In this document: one piece after another, positions 28,411-32,852 of the stretch | Position numbering within the stretch: position 1 is the first letter of the stretch | Layout: each line of letters opens with the position of its first letter | From: Promethearchaeota archaeon | GTDB taxonomy: Archaea > Asgardarchaeota > Lokiarchaeia > Sigyniarchaeales > SOKP01 | Reading direction: 5' to 3' | NCBI GenBank assembly: GCA_008080735.1 | Contig: SHMW01000049.1 | Coordinates: 1 to 32,852 of the forward strand | DNA: 32,852 nt | The notes under the pieces: model-generated | The model's database searches: none | What the model saw: only the letters and a program-made list of their open reading frames with translations | Told to the model about the DNA's origin: nothing | Made by a program: the position numbers and the translations under genes

Positions 28411-28477
28411 GATTTTATTAAAAAAACTAACTCCTTTTTTTTAATTATTTTTTCTCATATTCAATTTTCAATAAGAA

Positions 28478-28503
28478 TTGAGATGGAAAAATCCATACCT
28501 CAA
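28478..28503 (+). promoter_or_regulatory. Putative operator copy 2 (TTGAGATG-N10-TACCTCAA)
   Basis: Same length, GAAAAA spacer and distance to TTTTTAAAT as the copy at 27765. Confidence 0.55.
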
Positions 28504-28578
28504 TGATTTTTAAATATAATTATTTCTACATACACAGAGGTATTAATTTATCAAAAAGATAAAAGTAGAATAACTAGA

Positions 28579-29151
28579 ATGACAAATAAAAAAGTGATTG
28601 GTGGAATAATTACTGTTGTAGCATTAGTCTCGGTGATCACGCTAATTTCGGTATTTATGTATGGTTTTTCTCTGAATGCGACGGAAGTAGAATTGGGAAT
28701 GAATATGGGGGGATCAACCAGTACTTCAAGCATTTCGGTATCGTCAATTGAAGTTAATCAAGCACCATCTTATAATCCAGAAACTTCGGGTGAATAAATG
28801 AAATTTAGAGCAATAAGCGTTTACGAATATTTATTTAGTAGATTTGGAGGTCCAGCGAGTATATCTGAACAATCTGGATCTGTGGGAGGAAATTATGTTG
28901 ATATTCAAATCACATTCAATTTAACAACTCCTAGCAATAAATCCGTTGTTTTTGATTTTAGTCCACACGATCTTAATGCTGAAGGGCTGAAAGTATCTTT
29001 ATTACTTGGACCAGATGAACTAGAGGGAGAAACAGGAACATTTCATTTAGGAATAACGATTAGTATAAAAATAACGGTAACTGGATTTGGTACTGTTGTC
29101 GATGAAACCTTAACTCCTGTGAATTTGGATTTTGAAGTACCAGCAGCATAA
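28579..29151 (+). pseudogene. Paralog of 27853-28410 interrupted by a single in-frame TAA (28795-28797), immediately followed by ATG
   Basis: Track ORFs 28579-28797 and 28798-29151 share a frame; both halves align with the upstream paralog (KKVIGGII...YGF; Y.Y.F...ASIS.Q; LTP). Confidence 0.6.
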
Positions 29152-29204
29152 ATTTTTAGAAAATCTTTTTTTTTAATTATATCCAGATTTCTTTATTTTT
29201 AAAA

Positions 29205-29230
29205 AAATGTTGGAGAAAAATATACCTATA
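29205..29230 (+). promoter_or_regulatory. Putative operator copy 3 (AAATGTTG-GAGAAAAATA-TACCTATA)
   Basis: Degenerate copy of the same motif before a TTTTTAAAAA box upstream of the wHTH regulator. Confidence 0.4.
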
Positions 29231-29307
29231 TTTTTAAAAATATTTACTCCGTTAATCTTAATAAAGAATATATTATCAAGAATTCATTTTAATTCTGATA
29301 ACTGAAT

Positions 29308-30567
29308 ATGGGAAAATTTAATAAAAAGTTTTGCACATTATTGCTGGCTCTCTCATTTGGTATTTTAATGGGAATGCCGAACCAAACTAAGGCAAACGGA
29401 GGTCCACCTTATAATATAACCATTCAACCAAATAATTATTTCAATATTACATATGCATATGATTATTTGCCATTAGATTTAGAATTTGATTTTAATGTCT
29501 CTACTAATGTATATACAGATTTATCATTAGATTTTAATTTAACATATCCTCTACTTACATCAAGACAGATTTCCCTCGAAATTAATGCGAATGAAGATGT
29601 TGAAATAGAATTTACAGGTTTGTTTGATATTGAGGGATTTCTTGACAATTTACCCGAAAATCCCACTTTTCAAGATTTTATTCTCGGATTTAGTTATAAT
29701 AGTTTCTACAAAATCAAATCAAATAGCACTATAGAAAATTTAAGCTTTAAGTTAATCAAATCACCTTTATATGGATTCGGTAGTTCTAAAAATTATTCAA
29801 TAGGATTTTATAGAGGAGATATTGGAAACACTCCAGAATTATTAGCAACAAGCGAAATTGAAGAATCAGGAATTAATTATCTTAAAGGAGATATCACTAA
29901 TTTTGAAAACAACACAGACTATTATGTTTCAGTTTATGAAGTTCAGCCCATAACCACTCCTCCAAATTTATTATGGTTATGGGTATCCATTCCATTAGCT
30001 ATAGGTTTTATAGCCTTAATAGTCTTAATGACTAAAAAAGACTATATCGACCGATTAAAGAGAAGAAATGTAAATATAAATAAAGGAGCTCATCGATTAG
30101 ACATTGAAGAGGTACTAGAAAATGAAAATCGGAGTAAGATTATTGACTTAATTTTAGAAGAGCCAGGTATTCATTTTAATGAATTACTACGAAAAACAGA
30201 ACTTGCTCCCGGCAATCTAGTCTGGCATCTTGATATCTTGGAAACTTATAAAGTAATCAAAAAAAAACGTGTGGGAAATTATGTAATGTTCATTCCATAT
30301 TATAATAAGAACCCCCTCTCAAATATAGACCTTAAATTACAAAAAAGCGAACTAACACTACAAATACTTGAGTCGATTGAGGATAATCCCGGAATTTGGA
30401 ATAGTAAATTAACGGATGAGATGGAAATTCATCGCAAAACCATCCAATATCATATTGACAAATTAATCGATTTAGGGCTCGTTTATAAGAAAAAAGAAGG
30501 GAGTAAAAAGAAAATTTACCCTAATTTGAAAGCGGACTACTATGAGGATAAACAAATAAAGGATTGA
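29308..30567 (+). CDS. Membrane-anchored winged-helix transcriptional regulator (signal peptide, extracellular domain, TM, tandem wHTH)
   Basis: N-terminal signal-like segment; TM LLWLWVSIPLAIGFIALIVLM; NENRSKIIDLILEEPGIHFNELLRKTELAPGNLVWHLDILE and a second wHTH NPGIWNSKLTDEMEIHRKTIQYHIDKL. Confidence 0.8.
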   Translation: MGKFNKKFCTLLLALSFGILMGMPNQTKANGGPPYNITIQPNNYFNITYAYDYLPLDLEFDFNVSTNVYTDLSLDFNLTYPLLTSRQISLEINANEDVEIEFTGLFDIEGFLDNLPENPTFQDFILGFSYNSFYKIKSNSTIENLSFKLIKSPLYGFGSSKNYSIGFYRGDIGNTPELLATSEIEESGINYLKGDITNFENNTDYYVSVYEVQPITTPPNLLWLWVSIPLAIGFIALIVLMTKKDYIDRLKRRNVNINKGAHRLDIEEVLENENRSKIIDLILEEPGIHFNELLRKTELAPGNLVWHLDILETYKVIKKKRVGNYVMFIPYYNKNPLSNIDLKLQKSELTLQILESIEDNPGIWNSKLTDEMEIHRKTIQYHIDKLIDLGLVYKKKEGSKKKIYPNLKADYYEDKQIKD

Positions 30568-30594
30568 TTTAATTGTTTCTCCTTTTCTGTTCTA

Positions 30595-31899
30595 CTATTT
30601 AAACGGATTTTTATCTTCTAAGATCTTCTCTTGATATTTTTTCAGTGAGGGGGGACATAAACCTTTTTTTGTAGCTATTTTCTTGAGTTGTTTCATCATC
30701 TCTGCCAAATCGACTCCTGCGGGACACCAATTCGTACAGTTGGCACACCCCGTGCACAAGAATAACCCATCTTTTACTGCTTCTTCAATTCCGTTATGAA
30801 TGTAATCGCGAACTATGTTCATCCCTCCAATTCCATATTTGGATGCATAAATATTACCAAATGCTCGACTTGCGGTACAGACAAAATCGCAAGACTTACA
30901 CGAAATGCATTTAAGCATATCTTTATAGAATAGATTTTCTTTCGCAGCTTGCGTGCGCCAATCATCCACTAATATAACAACCACTTCCTTAGCACCATAC
31001 ATCCCAAATACACGTGTGCCTTGAATATCGGAAGTGCTTGATGGTGATGAGATGAAACTGATATATCCCGCATCCACATTCGTGATCCGTTCTTGAAGTT
31101 TTGCCACCATAAATGCGTTAAATTCATCGGGGACGATTTTCGATATTCCAGCCACTACAATATGCTTATCCACTGCTCTCGTTAGCAAACTTATGTTTCC
31201 CTCATTTTCGAGCAATACAATAGAGCCATCATGCGCTGAGATTGCATTTGCAGAGGTTAACGAAATCTTGACATCATTCAAGAGTTCAGGTCGATATGTT
31301 TTTCGATAATATTTCACAATTGCCTCGGCTTTTGGTTCTACTTCAACTCCATGTTTTTCTTTAATTTTTGCTACAATTTCTTCTTCAGTAAATTGAACAC
31401 CAGGAGCTAAGGTAAAACTCGGATGATCATACTCAAATAATTGACATAAGACATCTCCAAGGTCTGTTTCCTTTATCTTGATATTGTTTTCCTTTAGAAC
31501 ATCTATTATCCCCGCATCTTTAGCTTCCAGTGATTTTGATTTATAAATTACTTTAGTGTCCCCTAATTCTTTCATAAACGCCTCTTTGGCTTCTTCGTTG
31601 GTCTTTGCATAATAAACCTTGAATTTATTCGTCTTTTCCATGACATTAATGCATTGCTCCACATATTTATCGATGTTGTCAATGAATTCTTCTTTAGCCT
31701 CGTTCATCTCAGATTTATATTTTTCCACGTATTCTCTACTCGTATCTTCATAGAGATATCGTAAATCAAACGATCGATATTTTCCAATACACGCCAATCT
31801 CCATATATCCACAAATTTAGAGTAAATTGAGTTTTCATCTTTGAGAGATTCTACTTGCTCTTGGACTTCCTCATATAATTCTTTTCCCTTTTCACTCAT
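30595..31899 (-). CDS. LUD-domain/[4Fe-4S] protein, lactate utilization LutB-like
   Basis: KSKSL, ETDLGD, TSANAI...GSIVLLENEGNISL, HIVVAGISKIVP, PSSTSDI, CISCKSCDFVC, CTGCANCTNWCPAG. Confidence 0.8.
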   Translation of the reverse strand: MSEKGKELYEEVQEQVESLKDENSIYSKFVDIWRLACIGKYRSFDLRYLYEDTSREYVEKYKSEMNEAKEEFIDNIDKYVEQCINVMEKTNKFKVYYAKTNEEAKEAFMKELGDTKVIYKSKSLEAKDAGIIDVLKENNIKIKETDLGDVLCQLFEYDHPSFTLAPGVQFTEEEIVAKIKEKHGVEVEPKAEAIVKYYRKTYRPELLNDVKISLTSANAISAHDGSIVLLENEGNISLLTRAVDKHIVVAGISKIVPDEFNAFMVAKLQERITNVDAGYISFISSPSSTSDIQGTRVFGMYGAKEVVVILVDDWRTQAAKENLFYKDMLKCISCKSCDFVCTASRAFGNIYASKYGIGGMNIVRDYIHNGIEEAVKDGLFLCTGCANCTNWCPAGVDLAEMMKQLKKIATKKGLCPPSLKKYQEKILEDKNPFK

Positions 31900-32635
31900 C
31901 TAACGGATCAACCCCATTTTTGATTTTCATTAAAAAGTCTTCAAATTTAATTATCGGTTTTTTTAAGTTATTCTCATTCGCTACTCGTTTAAATGCAGTA
32001 TAACAAAACGGACATGCAGTAAGTAATGCTTTTCCTCGTCTCATTTGATCGAAGATTGTGTTGGTATTATAATCACTATTCTCCTTAAAGATGGAATATA
32101 CTCCTCCGCCAGCCCCACAACAAATACTATTCAATTTGTTATTTTCCATTTCAAACACCTCAACTTTACCAAGGGATTCAAGAATTTGTCTCGGTTCTTC
32201 TATGATTGGAATGACAGCGTTTCGAAGATGGCAAGCATCGTGATAACATACCCGCAACTTTTTACCATCATACTTTAGATTTAGTTTTTCTAGATTCTCA
32301 GGTTCTGCTAAAAATTGTAAGAGATGCTTCACTTCTACCTTAAAATTATCGCTTAAGAATTGAGGATAATATTTGGTTAAATATTGATAACAACCGGCAC
32401 ATATCGTTGTGAGTTTCTCGATATCGTTCTCTTGAAACCAATCGTTTACGTATTCCACGTGCTCTTTTAATTTTTCTGGTTGTGTAATATGATATGCTAA
32501 AGCCCCACAACATGGAGCTTCTTCTAAAACCTCATACTCATTATCCACTGATTTTATTAATTCAATGGCATTTTCGCAAGTATCAGTATATCTGGTGGAA
32601 GAAAGACATCCTAAATAAATTAATTTCCTTCCCAT
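31892..32635 (-). CDS. CCG-domain Fe-S protein (LutA/GlpC/HdrD-like)
   Basis: Two CCG domains: YLGC, PCCG, ICAGC, YHDACHL, ICCGAGGG, TACPFC; overlaps the LutB-like start. Confidence 0.82.
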   Translation of the reverse strand: MGRKLIYLGCLSSTRYTDTCENAIELIKSVDNEYEVLEEAPCCGALAYHITQPEKLKEHVEYVNDWFQENDIEKLTTICAGCYQYLTKYYPQFLSDNFKVEVKHLLQFLAEPENLEKLNLKYDGKKLRVCYHDACHLRNAVIPIIEEPRQILESLGKVEVFEMENNKLNSICCGAGGGVYSIFKENSDYNTNTIFDQMRRGKALLTACPFCYTAFKRVANENNLKKPIIKFEDFLMKIKNGVDPLDE

Positions 32636-32852
32636 CTAATAGATCACTTTATTTTTTAAAATATTTTTAATTAATAAATAAGTTTAAATCCTTATAAATG
32701 GTAAATTTTGGATACTTAACTTGTTCTTATATAACCATCAATTTTCCAAATAAAAAGCAATATAACAATAAAAATTATTCTAAATATTAATTCTAATTTT
32801 TATATTAAATCTTAAAATATTTATATAATTTAGCCATTACTTCTAACTAGAT

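Noticed and set aside
28780-28812. Possible BHB intron removing the TAA in the split paralog (UUCG/UGAA helix)
   Set aside because: It would excise 14 nt (a frameshift) and has no inner stem.
7457-31894. Other TGA-terminated ORFs (LRR paralog 3, AMP phosphorylase, fwdB, hisS, wHTH regulator, CCG protein) as Sec readthrough
   Set aside because: The TGAs fall at plausible C-termini, not at conserved Cys positions, and I saw no SECIS after them.
2843-32278. Short antisense or nested track ORFs (e.g. 2843-3226, 3808-4107, 5041-5361, 7470-7877, 8892-9374, 16753-17190, 19601-19900, 32045-32278)
   Set aside because: They overlap well-supported genes on the opposite strand or another frame and have no recognisable motifs.
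1-32852. CRISPR arrays, tRNA/rRNA genes, transposases, prophage genes
   Set aside because: None recognised by eye; the periodicity at 7457-11889 is explained by LRR coding.

Overview
AT-rich archaeal window, most likely from an Asgard archaeon (Lokiarchaeia/Promethearchaeia). That assignment is inferred from a gelsolin-like protein, tandem HEAT+LRR paralogs, a SNAP/TPR-Ig protein, a eukaryote-type SECIS and fwd/hdr/mvh genes. It carries hisG-hisD-hisC, an ATP-dependent DNA ligase, three LRR genes, an anaerobic sulfatase maturase, AMP phosphorylase, a ZIP transporter, hdrA-mvhD, pyrF, fwdD-fwdB plus a polyferredoxin, an ECF S component, hisS, a small membrane-protein/wHTH regulator cluster and a LutA/LutB-like pair. 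The main finding is that the AMP phosphorylase gene is split inside its catalytic DKHST|GGVPGNK motif by a 30-nt stop-containing insert (14366-14395). The insert folds into a bulge-helix-bulge (BHB) splice motif, and endonuclease-rule cleavage restores the motif exactly, making it a candidate archaeal mRNA intron. A 12-nt element just downstream of the stop codon is complementary to both exon flanks and may act as a splint. Also, hdrA and mvhD contain four in-frame UGA codons at Cys positions (selenocysteine), and the only SECIS recognised is a eukaryote-like one at the end of mvhD. All calls were made by eye from the sequence; no database searches or folding programs were run.
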